A stretch of 63,536 nt of DNA, filler included, from Olpidium bornovanus S191 (taxonomy: Eukaryota > Fungi > Olpidiomycota): the NCBI GenBank assembly GCA_017911155.1. It is 31 parts of 31 records of this genome, joined end to end, with 100 filler letters (N's around TTAATTAATTAA, not from the genome) between each part and the next. Parts side by side here need not be neighbours in the genome. Positions count along the whole stretch, not along the records: positions 61,585 to 63,536 come from JAEFCI010000411.1; 30 more parts are not named here. One strand, written 5' to 3'. The stretch's first letter is position 1. Every line of letters starts with the position of its first letter. This document shows positions 63,081 through 63,536 of the stretch, piece after piece. The position numbers and the translations under genes are program-made. A model generated the notes under the pieces. It was not told the DNA's origin. It searched no databases and worked only from the letters and a program-made list of their open reading frames with translations.

Positions 63081-63319
63081 TCAGAGTTGGGTGCGAGACG
63101 TTTTGACGTCGTTCAACCAAGCCTCCTTGTTCTGGACAAGCTGCCCGTGGAACTCGTGCAGGCACCTGGTAGCAGACCTGCCGTAGGACGTTTCCGAGCT
63201 GAAGATGTAGCCGGGGATGTGGCCGCGGTAGCCGGGGACGGGCAGCTGCTCGGACAGGTCCTTTGGCGGGAGCGCGGGCGGCTCGGGCTTGGCCCTGGTG
63301 TTGCGGACGCCGGTAAATC
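63081..63319 (-). CDS. Last exon of a FAM166/CIMIP2-like ciliary microtubule inner protein
   Basis: GFTG..LPVPGYRGHIPGYIFSSETSYGRSA: the PGY.G.IPG..F....YG repeat of FAM166-type MIPs, with a polypyrimidine-CAG acceptor at 63320-63321. Confidence 0.65.
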
Positions 63320-63536
63320 CTGGCGAAGAATAAACAAAAAACAAGACATCGCACATCGTCAAAGTTATCCCTATCCTACTTCGGAGGGGGGGAGGACGAG
63401 GGACGGGAAGGGGGGGGGGGGGGCGGGGGGGGCAAAAAAAGCCAAAAATATTTTTTTTTGAAATACCGGGGAGGGGGGGGGATTCGGCCGGGGGGGGGCG
63501 GTGCTTTTGTTCTGGCCCCGCCCCCGCCCCCCCCCG

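Overview
This is not a contiguous locus. It is 31 short eukaryotic contigs (about 1-4 kb) joined by 30 identical 100-nt artificial spacers (44 N + TTAATTAATTAA + 44 N), so no synteny can be read across a spacer. The DNA is GC-rich, has spliceosomal introns, and carries many homopolymer and CT/GA tracts. Gene content points to an early-diverging zoosporic (flagellated) fungus: fungal-type genes (Rtc3-like, Ycr051w-like ankyrin, Alr/Mnr2-type CorA, H2A ending SQEL) occur with ciliary-type genes (FAM166/CIMIP2-like, SHIPPO/STPG-like). An Olpidium-like source is my unverified guess. Hand-spliced, recognisable genes: mitochondrial DNA polymerase gamma, ZMAT5 (U11/U12-20K), ANKFN1-like, CorA Mg2+ transporter, MSH5, phosphoglucomutase-2 family, PH-IQ-DH RhoGEF, MCM6, SUN-domain protein, LolD/MacB-type ABC ATPase, FCP1/NIF-domain protein, histone H2A, TRM6, SPC3, MRPL36, and tRNA-Trp(CCA). 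There are also LTR-retrotransposon debris and several short repeat families. The most notable item is a complete three-exon ZMAT5 gene that the ORF track misses, which suggests a retained minor spliceosome. I found no convincing multi-gene novel system. All family assignments come from recalled motifs, not from database searches.
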